A DNA stretch of 63,991 nt, counting the filler, from a bacterium (lineage in GTDB: Bacteria; UBA9089; CG2-30-40-21; SBAY01), in NCBI GenBank assembly GCA_040757115.1. It is 6 parts of 6 records of this genome, joined end to end, with 100 filler letters (N's around TTAATTAATTAA, not from the genome) between each part and the next. Parts side by side here need not be neighbours in the genome. Positions count along the whole stretch, not along the records: positions 51,237 to 57,890 come from JBFLYA010000207.1; positions 57,991 to 63,991 come from JBFLYA010000225.1; 4 more parts are not named here. The stretch is one strand, 5' to 3'. The notes under the pieces were generated by a model. That model was not told where the DNA came from. It was given only the letters and a program-made list of their open reading frames with translations, and made no database searches. Shown here one piece after another: positions 54,614 to 63,991 of the stretch. Made by a program: the position numbers and the translations under genes. Each line of letters begins with the position of its first letter. Positions within the stretch are counted from its first letter, which is position 1.

Positions 54614-55654
54614 ATGAAGACAATTGAAAATATATGTATTTTAGTTTTGCTTATTCTTTTAGTAGTAATTATCTTCAAGAAGAAGGCGATAAAAATAATC
54701 ATTATCAGTGGGATAATCATAGGAGCAATAATAGGTGGTTGTAAATGGTTAGAATATAAGTTTGGTGCCAGAGAGAGTGATAGGATTTCTTATTGTGCAC
54801 CGTGTTGGGGACCAAACAACAAGATATTTTTTATTAAACATGTAATGTATGGAAATTATTCTCCATTGCTTGGGTCGATAGGATATTACTATAAGAAGAG
54901 TGAGATTTATCTTTGTTCTATGAATACAGATGGGACAGATAAGAAAGAGATTGTAATGCTTGAGGATACAAGCAAGAAACCTGATTTTATTCCTGTCCCT
55001 GGGGATACAAGCAAAAAAGCTGATTTAATATTTCCTCGTTATCTTGATTATTGCTCAAAGAATGGTTTAATTCTCATGTCAGGAGGAGCTATTCCCAGTG
55101 GTGGCTGGACTAATGGAATATGGATTATTACACCAGATGGAAGTAATCTGACAAAGGTATCAAATATAGGGATGCACGCCTCCTGGTCACCCAATGGAAA
55201 AAGGATAGTGTATGACGGAGAGAAAGGGATTTGGGTGATGAATATAGATGGAACTAATAATCATGAAATCTCTCAGGATGGCGGTAACCCCATCTGGTCA
55301 CCCAGAGGCGACTTGATTGCCTTTACCTGTAAAGGCTGGATTTGGGTGATGAAACCTGATGGGAGTGAGAGGAGGATGGTACATAAAGGAATGTATCTTT
55401 TTGATTGGATACCTGATGGAAACGGAATTATTAAAGATGGAGCACCTGGAACTGGATGGGGTATTTTTGATATAAATGGGAATGTGATAAAAAGGTTAAA
55501 ATGGGGAGGATATGTTTCATCAGATGGCAAGTTAATATTATCTCTTGATTTTACTGTGTTTGATATTAATAAAGAGGTAGAAATAGAACCTTTCGCTGAT
55601 ATTAAACAAACTGAAAAACATTTTGTATATAAAAAACCAAATAACATTTGGTAA
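54614..55654 (+). CDS. Membrane-anchored TolB-like beta-propeller protein C
   Basis: About 690 bp nearly identical to B, divergent C-terminal third. Confidence 0.85.
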   Translation: MKTIENICILVLLILLVVIIFKKKAIKIIIISGIIIGAIIGGCKWLEYKFGARESDRISYCAPCWGPNNKIFFIKHVMYGNYSPLLGSIGYYYKKSEIYLCSMNTDGTDKKEIVMLEDTSKKPDFIPVPGDTSKKADLIFPRYLDYCSKNGLILMSGGAIPSGGWTNGIWIITPDGSNLTKVSNIGMHASWSPNGKRIVYDGEKGIWVMNIDGTNNHEISQDGGNPIWSPRGDLIAFTCKGWIWVMKPDGSERRMVHKGMYLFDWIPDGNGIIKDGAPGTGWGIFDINGNVIKRLKWGGYVSSDGKLILSLDFTVFDINKEVEIEPFADIKQTEKHFVYKKPNNIW

Positions 55655-55671
55655 AAAGGGGGTATATCATC

Positions 55672-57890
55672 ATGAAAAGGATAATCTTATGTATTTTATT
55701 ATTGCTTTGTGGATGGAGCAGTAAAGTAAGTAGTGAGGAACTTACCTGGGGTAGTTGTACTACTTACGCACCTATGCCTGTATTGTTTATCCACGGGATT
55801 AACTCTAATTGTAAAACATGGGATACTGCTATTCCTGAGTTAGAGAAGTATTTCCAGTATAGACAGGAAAGATTTAATGAACCTAATTACTTTATTTCTC
55901 CTTTTCACCCCACTCGAAAAGGCGTCACCTACTTCAAAGATGAGAAAACCAATTACGAATCCCCCGCCAAGCTCTATTTAGAGGCGTTTGATTATGGTGG
56001 GGAGGATGCAGGTAAGAGTTTTAACCATCTTGATACATATAGTGATGTTTTAAAAAGACTCATTGAAGGAGATGATAAATCACCTGGTATATTAAAATCT
56101 TACTATGGCGATAACTATAATCCTACTACTGACAAACTCATTATCGTTGCTCATTCTCAAGGAGGACTAATTGCCAGACATTATATTCAAGAAAAGGATG
56201 GCTGGAAACATGTAAAGCGATTGATTACTATTGGAACTGCTCATACTGGAAGTTGGCTAGCAGATAAATTGATAAGAAGGACACGCGAGGTGCCTGAATC
56301 TGAATTTATATGGATACTTCAAGAAATGGCTATTCGTGGCCTGGCAAAGATATTAAAGGTAGAGAAGATAGAAGATATAGAAAAAGGTGCAATACAAGAC
56401 CAACAAACAGAGTTGTATCAGTCTCCCATATCTATACTTGGGCATGCATATAATACTTTCCTTTGGCATCTTAACAATGGTTCAGGATTACGAAATTTAC
56501 AGGATAATGTGGAAGTTGTATGCATAGTAGGGAAAATTGGGAAATTATTTTATAAAGATAGTGATGCAATAGTTAGTGGAAATAGTCAAAGAGGAGAAAG
56601 TGAAATTCTTCCTGTAAAATACTTTGAGCCAATCTCTATAATTGATATAAAAGATGGTTTAAAAGGATTTCATGGTAACCAAACTAATCAATGGGATAAA
56701 ATCCGCCAATCCCTTGACGGTATTCCCGATAAAGGGACAAAGACTTATGATACGCCTTGTGTAACACTTGGGACATCTACCGTTACGCCAGGCACTTATA
56801 GTTTATACTACCTTGGCTCAAGCGATAATTTCTATATCACTGGCAAGATTCAGGATTACATCCCCGCTTCTTGCAGTATTACGGTAGAGATAGACTCTGA
56901 AGGCAATTATGCCTCAGATAAAGATGGGCAAATAAAAGAGCGACAGGATTTAATCCAGCCAATTGATATGAATACTGAATCTCAGGAGTTGCCACAAAAG
57001 CCGGCAAAACTCAATGCCAGCTTTAACTTCCATCCCACTAACTTACTTACCCAGGGCAGTCACACCTTCCGGGTGACGATAAAAAACCCTGCCGGGCTTA
57101 TCGGCACTTCGACGACAAAGGAAGGCTTTGACTGGATACCGTTTATGATTGTGGGATTACCCGTAGTTGAAGTGCCGATTCAGAAGTCTGCCTCGCCGGC
57201 GACTCCTATTGCTGGCGGGTTTCAGGCGGCTTCATCCTTGTTTTTCTGGGATAATCAAAATAATTACTGGGAGCGATGGATTAATTCTAATCTACGCGTG
57301 GATTCGGATAATATCATCCGCTATAATGCCGGCACCTCTAACCTCGATAACCCTAACCTCCGACATCGTGTCTATCTGGAAAGTAGAATCTATCCGGCTG
57401 GCTCAATATATCCTAAAGCCTCTTGCGTCAATAAAAAGGAGACTCAGGCGATTACCTATACCTACGCCTCGCCACCTTTTAAACTACTCCCATTTACTAA
57501 AGCCGATAACACGGTAGTATATCGGCCTGATGTAGATGACAACGGCACAATTACCTATCCAGAAGATATGGTTACCTTTACTAATAACGAGGTTATCTTC
57601 ACCCCAAAGAAAGATGCCTTACCCAATCTTAATTTTGGACCAATCATCCCGGGTAATCCGATGTATACTTACCCACTACACATAATTATCCCACCAGAAT
57701 ATCAAGGTGTTTCTTCTCATGAGCTGGATATTTATATCAATCAGGTCGGAGGATTGTATGCCTTAGAATCGCTACAGAAGGCGTTCGATTATAGTCAGGC
57801 TTTATCCAGCCAACAGGGTTTTAACCCCACGATAAATATTGCCTGGGCACAAAATGCAGATTTAACCAATGACGGGATTACAGGGTTTGG
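55672..57890 (+). CDS. Secreted alpha/beta hydrolase C with long C-terminal extension (3' partial)
   Basis: Signal peptide, AHSQGG, DSD, KGFH, then about 400 aa of further sequence running into the gap. Confidence 0.85.
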
Positions 57891-57990
57891 NNNNNNNNNN
57901 NNNNNNNNNNNNNNNNNNNNNNNNNNNNNNNNNNTTAATTAATTAANNNNNNNNNNNNNNNNNNNNNNNNNNNNNNNNNNNNNNNNNNNN

Positions 57991-58165
57991 TAAAAAAATT
58001 GAAATTAATAGAAACTAATAGAAATTTATGGAAATTTGTTGTTTTCCACAATCAATTTCTACCTATTTCTATAAATTTCAATCTATTTCTATTATCTTAT
58101 CTCCATATCACTCTTATCTCCTTATCCCCTTTCTTACACTTTTGATATATAGCCTGAACGGTTAC
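57991..58165 (+). mobile_element. Right part of the MITE seen at 30575
   Basis: Overlaps 30637-30697; ends CCTGAACGGTTAC, which supplies the neighbouring gene's TAA. Confidence 0.75.
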
Positions 58166-58938
58166 AATTTTTCTTCCAGAATCCTCTTTAATTTCTCATG
58201 CATGATATACCATATTTTTCCTTCTGCAGGGTTTTGGGGTGTAGGTTTTATTTCATTATTGAGTAATTTTTCAACACATTCTGCCATCAATCTGAAGACA
58301 AAATCAAATCCACGCTGGCGAATTTCTTCGATTGACTTACAACCTTCCAAACTGAATGGTTTTTGATATAAAATATCTCCAGTATCAATTCCACGGTCCA
58401 TAAAATGTATCGTCCCAATTGTCTCATCATTATTAAGATATGCCCATTCGATGACATTCATCCCACGATATTTTGGTAAAAAGCCGGCATGGGCATTAAC
58501 TACCTTTAGATTGGGGATATTGAGGATGATTTCTTTCACAATTCCCACGCTAAATGCTATTAAGATGTTTATCTGTAGTTCTTTAATGAGATTGGCACAT
58601 TTGTTGGTGTTTAAATAATTAACAGAATAAACAGGAACATTGTTTTTAACTGCCCATTCATAGATAGAAATTCGTTCCTGCTCTGGTATTTCATTTTTTC
58701 CCTTTGGGATTTCCTTTGTTTTATTTTCTTTAATCAACCCTGATTTAACCATTATTTTCCTGAAAATCCCTAATCCTTCTGTCTTAAGTTGAAGTTTGAG
58801 AGAATTTAGTAGATTTTGTCCTTGTTTTCTTTTGACAAGAATTATGGCAGAAACAGGAATATGGCGTTTTTCAAATTCTTTAAGCACGGTTATGCTGGCG
58901 CGATTATAAGCTCCGCGAGTGATTAATCCAATTCTCAT
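58162..58938 (-). CDS. Formyltransferase family protein
   Basis: VNAHAGFLPKYRG, TIHFMDRGIDTGDI. Confidence 0.88.
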   Translation of the reverse strand: MRIGLITRGAYNRASITVLKEFEKRHIPVSAIILVKRKQGQNLLNSLKLQLKTEGLGIFRKIMVKSGLIKENKTKEIPKGKNEIPEQERISIYEWAVKNNVPVYSVNYLNTNKCANLIKELQINILIAFSVGIVKEIILNIPNLKVVNAHAGFLPKYRGMNVIEWAYLNNDETIGTIHFMDRGIDTGDILYQKPFSLEGCKSIEEIRQRGFDFVFRLMAECVEKLLNNEIKPTPQNPAEGKIWYIMHEKLKRILEEKL

Positions 58939-60140
58939 TTAAGAATCTCCTCTTTTAATTGTTTTATAATCCTGTCTTCTAATATCAGTGCATCTACGAA
59001 ATATTTTGTTGCCCAACTGGGGTAAGAAAAGATACGATAGTCGCCCCAGATAGGGTGTGAACCCTTTATTCCTGCTTGTATTCCTTTATCAGAGGAATTT
59101 AGAACCTGCGTCGAAATGAGGAAATCATTCATTTTTAATGAGGCATTCAAATATTTAAAATCTTTAGTCTTTTCAAATAACCTCATCCAGATAATTGACA
59201 TCTGAGCACAGCCGGTTAAACAACAAGAAGTAACGGTTGGTTTCCAATCAGAATTATATCTTCCTTTTAAAGACTTATCAATCTCAAATCTTTTTAAAAG
59301 GGCATCAGCCGAGATTGTAGCTTTTTCAATATATCTTTGCTCATTTAATAGAATGCCTGATTCTAAAAGTCCCTCAATGGTATATCCAATGGTATGAGTA
59401 AGTGGCTCAAAATTTCTTTTTGGGCTATTATCACAATCTTTAAACCAGCCATTTTCCTGTTGTAGTGTTAGTGCCCATTCGATATTTTTTCTTGCGGCTT
59501 GTCGGTATTTATCTTCTTGATTTATCTGATAAAATTCTAACAATGGCAAATCAACCCTTGTATCATAGACCCGCACAATATCTAAATAGACATATTGTCT
59601 CCAGGCACCATCATCATCTTGAACTGCACATATCCAATCAGCCGCCTTTTTAGCCGCATTATAATATTTTAAATCATTCGTTTCTTTATAAGCCCTGGTT
59701 AAACCCTGGAGTATCTGGCCTGTATTAAACACTGTAGGTTTAGCTCCTCGACCAACATATCCCCCTTGAAAGGCACCATTTTCCATCTGGATGGAAAGTT
59801 CAAAATCAGCCATTTTAATGGCACGATTTCTTATTTCCTTATATGAGGTCAGGTGATAATAATCAAAGAAGGTAGGGATAATATAACCGGTTACCTCCGG
59901 GTAAGAACTTGACCAACCTTTATCAAAGAAATATGTTGCCACTCCACCATCACCCGTTGTATCCTGGGCTCGACACAACCAATTTATGGCCGCATCTATA
60001 TATTTTGTATTTGTCTGGTAATCATCCCGTTCAGGTTTTATTAATAACCAGTCGTGATAGATTATCTTAAATCGGGCTGGATAAATTAAATTGCGGACCA
60101 TTGCTATTCCAAATTTAATCTTTTGTTTAATACCATCCAT
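58935..60140 (-). CDS. Alpha/alpha-toroid (prenyltransferase/squalene-cyclase-repeat-like) protein of a glycan locus
   Basis: WLCRAQD, SYPEVTGY, QMENGAF, QDDDGAW, QQENGWF repeats. Confidence 0.7.
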   Translation of the reverse strand: MDGIKQKIKFGIAMVRNLIYPARFKIIYHDWLLIKPERDDYQTNTKYIDAAINWLCRAQDTTGDGGVATYFFDKGWSSSYPEVTGYIIPTFFDYYHLTSYKEIRNRAIKMADFELSIQMENGAFQGGYVGRGAKPTVFNTGQILQGLTRAYKETNDLKYYNAAKKAADWICAVQDDDGAWRQYVYLDIVRVYDTRVDLPLLEFYQINQEDKYRQAARKNIEWALTLQQENGWFKDCDNSPKRNFEPLTHTIGYTIEGLLESGILLNEQRYIEKATISADALLKRFEIDKSLKGRYNSDWKPTVTSCCLTGCAQMSIIWMRLFEKTKDFKYLNASLKMNDFLISTQVLNSSDKGIQAGIKGSHPIWGDYRIFSYPSWATKYFVDALILEDRIIKQLKEEILK

Positions 60141-60169
60141 CAGTTAGAACCTCCTTTCGGGACTTTTAT

Positions 60170-60562
60170 TAGAATTCTGCAAAACCAAGGAACTATAGTT
60201 TTTAAGCGGGTATTTAAAACCTCTATTTTTATCAATTTCCTCCAAAGAGCAAAATGCAAAAAGCAAATATAAAAATTACATATCAAAATGTAAAATTATC
60301 TCTTTCCTTTCAGCGTTAAAATACTTGAAGCAAAGATATTACCAAATTCCTCCAACTCTTTGAGAAACCGTGCTACTTTCTCTGGTTTAGCATGTTTACT
60401 ATCACGAAGTAATGCAAGCCATAACTTACTTTCGTTAACAGTCTTTTCTCGAAGTCCTTTTTGAAATTTGATTTGTAATTTTGCATTTTAATATTTGATA
60501 TTTGATTTAATTTCAGGTCTAACTCTCAGTTATCTCTCCTAATCCTATTTTGCAGAACCCTA
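60170..60562. mobile_element. MITE with TSD carrying a four-helix-bundle gene remnant, copy 2
   Basis: TIR TAGAATTCTGCAAAA / TTTTGCAGAACCCTA; flanking direct repeat GACTTTTAT; minus strand MQNYKSNFKKDFEKR then NESKLWLALLRDSK...SSILTLKGKR*. Confidence 0.8.
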
Positions 60563-62266
60563 GACTTTTATTAAAAATTCCTTTGTCGCCTCTTTGGTGA
60601 TTAACATACATTCCGTCTCGGATAAAGGGTGAAGGTCACACTTAACCCCCTCAATGGCAAGATTTTTTAAATTAATATTACTGAGTTTAAAAGAAAAATC
60701 TCTTTCTATGAGTATGTCAGAAATACATCTATACTCAAATCTGTCTTCTTTTATTATTCTAACCGCTTCACGCCTTTTCCACCACTGAATAATATCCTGA
60801 CATAATCTCACATAAATTTTATTCTCAGATAACCATTCTAATATCTCTTCATATATTCTTTCCCGGCCTGGATTTTCTTTTTCATTAAATCCCTGTTGAT
60901 GCCAGAGAATTATACCTAATCCATTATAGTTTTTAGCCATTTCCAATAACCTTTTGATATTGGTTAATGCTTCATCTGGGGAGTATTTCTGATAAGTAAA
61001 TAATGTCGTATCCATAATTATCAGTGGTAACTCGATTAATGGCAATTTTTTATTCTCTTTAATATGATAAAGATACAAAGGGAAACTGCATCCTGTTCGG
61101 AATCCTTCATGGTCAGCATAGCCAACCGTAGTATCATATTCAAAACCTGCCTCTGTATAAACTTGCCATGTGACCTCCGGATTAAATCTTAGATAATGAC
61201 CTCTAATGCCGTTGATAGGATAACTTGATATTTTCTCAACTCGCTTCTTTTCACATAAAACTTGATTGTGCCTATTATAAGAATCATAACTTGCGTGTAA
61301 TCCAATCTCAAATCCTTGTTGACTAATTTCTTTAACAATATTTTTTAGTTTTTTATTTCTGATTTTATATGTACTATTATCTGCTAATAGATAAAAGGAA
61401 GAGAGATAGCCGTATTGTTTTTCTAATCGGACTATTTTCTCAAAATTCCAGTAAGGGTCCTCATATCGCAAGCAATTATAAATCTCTAATATTCCATTTT
61501 GAATCCATTGATATTTACATTTTAGAGTTCCGACGATTATCTCTCTTATTCCTTTTTCCCATAGTTTCCATTTCTGAATATCGTCCACATCATGCGTTAA
61601 ACAAACTGCTGATATTCTTCCTTCTGGCCAGTACCACTTCTGAACGAGAACCTCTTTTTGCCTCTTTGCACAATATAAAAATATTTGCTGTAAGAAGGTT
61701 AGATAAATGCTGACAATCGGTGTTTCAACAAGTTTATCCAACATACTGTAAGAAGATAAGAACCTATCGTGAATATCTCTTTTAAGTGATAGAATTTGCT
61801 CCTGACATGTCACTAAATAGAATGTCGAGGCAATAATATCAATTTTAATGTCTATTATGGTTACATTCCCCTGTTGTCTGGTAGATAAAATATCATTATC
61901 AAAACAAAGATTTTCAGCGTCAAGATAAGTAATTTTTTTTAAAATTTCTGATAAGAATTTATTTTCTAAAGTAACGATTTCCTGCCAATAGGATTGTGTT
62001 TTATCTTTATCCAGCTTAGACTTGAAAAGGGAACGAAGCGATATAAATTCTTGACTACAAGGGATATTGACAATTATTCCTGTTTTTTCAAGACAATTGG
62101 GAAGACTGTCTCCATAATTTATTATCAACAAAGGGTTAGTTTTAATAAGTTCCTTATGATTAGAAGAAACAACATAAGAAATCCCTATGGTATTAAGTAA
62201 TATCTCAAATACATAGGTAATCTCGTTATCAATTGCAGAATCCCAGTTTTTATATATTCCAATCAT
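60560..62266 (-). CDS. Polysaccharide deacetylase family protein
   Basis: CLTHDVD, EIGLHASY, RGHYLRF, YDTTVG, LWHQ. Confidence 0.85.
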   Translation of the reverse strand: MIGIYKNWDSAIDNEITYVFEILLNTIGISYVVSSNHKELIKTNPLLIINYGDSLPNCLEKTGIIVNIPCSQEFISLRSLFKSKLDKDKTQSYWQEIVTLENKFLSEILKKITYLDAENLCFDNDILSTRQQGNVTIIDIKIDIIASTFYLVTCQEQILSLKRDIHDRFLSSYSMLDKLVETPIVSIYLTFLQQIFLYCAKRQKEVLVQKWYWPEGRISAVCLTHDVDDIQKWKLWEKGIREIIVGTLKCKYQWIQNGILEIYNCLRYEDPYWNFEKIVRLEKQYGYLSSFYLLADNSTYKIRNKKLKNIVKEISQQGFEIGLHASYDSYNRHNQVLCEKKRVEKISSYPINGIRGHYLRFNPEVTWQVYTEAGFEYDTTVGYADHEGFRTGCSFPLYLYHIKENKKLPLIELPLIIMDTTLFTYQKYSPDEALTNIKRLLEMAKNYNGLGIILWHQQGFNEKENPGRERIYEEILEWLSENKIYVRLCQDIIQWWKRREAVRIIKEDRFEYRCISDILIERDFSFKLSNINLKNLAIEGVKCDLHPLSETECMLITKEATKEFLIKV

Positions 62267-63318
62267 TTATATCTACCCACTAAAAAAAGTTTTATCTGAC
62301 TTTTAATTTCATTTATATTTTGAGATATGGCTAAAGCGATAGAATTTATCTTACTTACCGCAAAATAATGTTTGAGTTCTCCACCAAATCCTCTTTTAAA
62401 TTTTTCAATTGAGGGAGTATTAGCTCCGACAAGGTCGAACTCTTTAATCTTCCCTGAAAGATGCTCAAAAACTGTCCAGAAGGTTAATGATGCTCCACCA
62501 CTACTGCGTAAAGTCGGGTGACTCGCTCCAAATAGATAATAGGCTCTTTTATTATCCGTAACAATGAATACCCCGGCGATTAATTCCCGATTAACATCTC
62601 TTGCAAAATACATCTGAGCCTGATTTAGTGATTTTAGTTTTGTATAGACATTTGCCATCAATTCTGGTGAAGAAGGTTGTAGTCCCTGTTTTTTATAAGT
62701 AACTTCATAAAGTTGATAGAACTCATCAATGTCTTCTTGTGGAGTAACCTCGATATTCTCTTTCCTTGCCTTTTTTATATTACGAATAGTTGTGGACTCC
62801 ATATTATCCCAGACATAGCTCAAATCTTCTATGTTGATGATATAAGTATATCTCACTTCATGGGTAAAGTTATTCCATGTAAATGGTCTAATATCCTCAT
62901 AGGAGATATGATGAGCCATAGTTATTTTATCGTAAGTCTTTATGAGTTCTGGAATTATAGTGTTAGCCACATCTCGTTGCAGGGTAATGCGTTTTTTATA
63001 GCTCAGAGATGATGGGTCTTTACATAATATCCCTCCATAGGGCGTAAATTTTGGGATAAAGATATATTTGAATCTTTTTTCCTTTCGTTCGACAAAAGAT
63101 ATCCCTCCAATTAGTTCATCTCCTTTATAGCAGGTTAAAATTTTAAACTCACCACTTAAAGAGGTTATAATTTCTAACCATTTAGAAGAAGAAAATATAG
63201 TTCCTTGAGGTGATTTTTGGACGAATTCATCCCATTTATCATATTCATCTTTTCCTAAATATCGTGTCGTATATTTCTCCTCAACACTTTCCTCAATGGA
63301 TAATTCATTACTCTCCAT
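62263..63318 (-). CDS. GNAT/FemAB-like acyltransferase
   Basis: WDEFVQKSPQGTIF, FDLVGANTPSIEKFKRGFGG. Confidence 0.85.
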   Translation of the reverse strand: MESNELSIEESVEEKYTTRYLGKDEYDKWDEFVQKSPQGTIFSSSKWLEIITSLSGEFKILTCYKGDELIGGISFVERKEKRFKYIFIPKFTPYGGILCKDPSSLSYKKRITLQRDVANTIIPELIKTYDKITMAHHISYEDIRPFTWNNFTHEVRYTYIINIEDLSYVWDNMESTTIRNIKKARKENIEVTPQEDIDEFYQLYEVTYKKQGLQPSSPELMANVYTKLKSLNQAQMYFARDVNRELIAGVFIVTDNKRAYYLFGASHPTLRSSGGASLTFWTVFEHLSGKIKEFDLVGANTPSIEKFKRGFGGELKHYFAVSKINSIALAISQNINEIKSQIKLFLVGRYK

Positions 63319-63991
63319 TTTTATTTCCTTTTGAAGATAGGATGGAATTAAGTATTTCAGTGAGATTTAAACCAAGTCTTTCATAAGAGAATTTAGCTAT
63401 TTCTGCAGAAATGCCTTCAAATTTTAAACACTTTTCTTTATATTTATTATACAGTTCAATTATTGCTTTTTTAATCTCTTGAGGGTTATCCGGTTCTATT
63501 ACCGCGCCAGTATTTGTTTTTCTAATTATTTCTGCGGCGACTCCAGTTGAAGGAACAAGTGCCAGAATTGGTTTTTTTGCTGCCAGATATTCAAATATCT
63601 TACCGGTCACAATATAATCTGTCATATTACCTTGCTTCTGAATAAATAAAAGAAGGACATCTGAAGAGCTCATATACCGTATCGCCTCATTATGAGGTAG
63701 CCAATTAATTATTTTTAAGATTTTATCCCATTTAAAGCCGTTCACAAGTGTTTTATATTCTTCTTCCAATATCTCTCCTAAAAAAATTACACTTATCTCT
63801 TTTTCTATCCCTTGATTTTCTTCAATTAACTCTGTCAGTGCCTTCAAAAAGTACTCTGGTGTTCTCCCTCGATAAAAACTGCCTATATAACTCATTGTGA
63901 ATTTTTCCGATAATCTTTCTAATGTTATCCCTTTAAAGTCATCCGGGTCAAATCCATTAGTAATGGTGATAAATTTCTCCTTTTCTATATT
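63308..63991 (-). CDS. Glycosyltransferase family 4 (5' partial)
   Basis: ITNGFDP, SYIGSFY, GKIFEYLAAKKPIL; frame open to the window end. Confidence 0.85.
   Translation of the reverse strand, partial: NIEKEKFITITNGFDPDDFKGITLERLSEKFTMSYIGSFYRGRTPEYFLKALTELIEENQGIEKEISVIFLGEILEEEYKTLVNGFKWDKILKIINWLPHNEAIRYMSSSDVLLLFIQKQGNMTDYIVTGKIFEYLAAKKPILALVPSTGVAAEIIRKTNTGAVIEPDNPQEIKKAIIELYNKYKEKCLKFEGISAEIAKFSYERLGLNLTEILNSILSSKGNKNGE

Noticed and set aside
51237-57890. Diversity-generating retroelement behind the variable segments
   Set aside because: Differences include indels and all four bases rather than adenine-specific changes; no reverse transcriptase in the window

Overview
Low-GC bacterial sequence, probably from a metagenome assembly. 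Five gaps carry a TTAATTAATTAA linker (30698-30797, 37515-37614, 44329-44428, 51137-51236, 57891-57990), so adjacency across them is probably artificial; 2164-2263 and 48816-48915 are plain 100-N gaps. Contents: (1) the 3' part of a large secreted protein with a FlgD-like C-terminus. (2) A ~25 kb defence island with PLD-SNF2 helicase + Eco57I-type methyltransferase, SIR2-HerA, radC, a doubly inactivated type I R-M, a Shedu remnant, two DUF1016 nucleases and AlbA_2/ATPase genes. It is organised around a ~1.1 kb direct repeat holding a DUF3800 remnant and a convergent, promoter-driven hairpin RNA. (3) A metK-ahcY-PTS IIA/IIB-HD-GYP block. (4) A minus-strand integron-like array with 3 attC sites, 2 attI-like sites and a Pc-like promoter but no integrase in view; cargo includes a HEPN protein, a TA pair and GxxExxY fragments, interrupted by a GH-like gene fused to IS200 tnpA. 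(5) Surface-glycan genes and a CHASE2 cyclase. (6) Three tandem beta-propeller / secreted alpha-beta hydrolase pairs with near-identical constant blocks and co-varying hypervariable segments. Several MITE-like families carrying deleted GxxExxY or four-helix-bundle genes are scattered throughout. All calls come from reading motifs by eye; no database searches were run.
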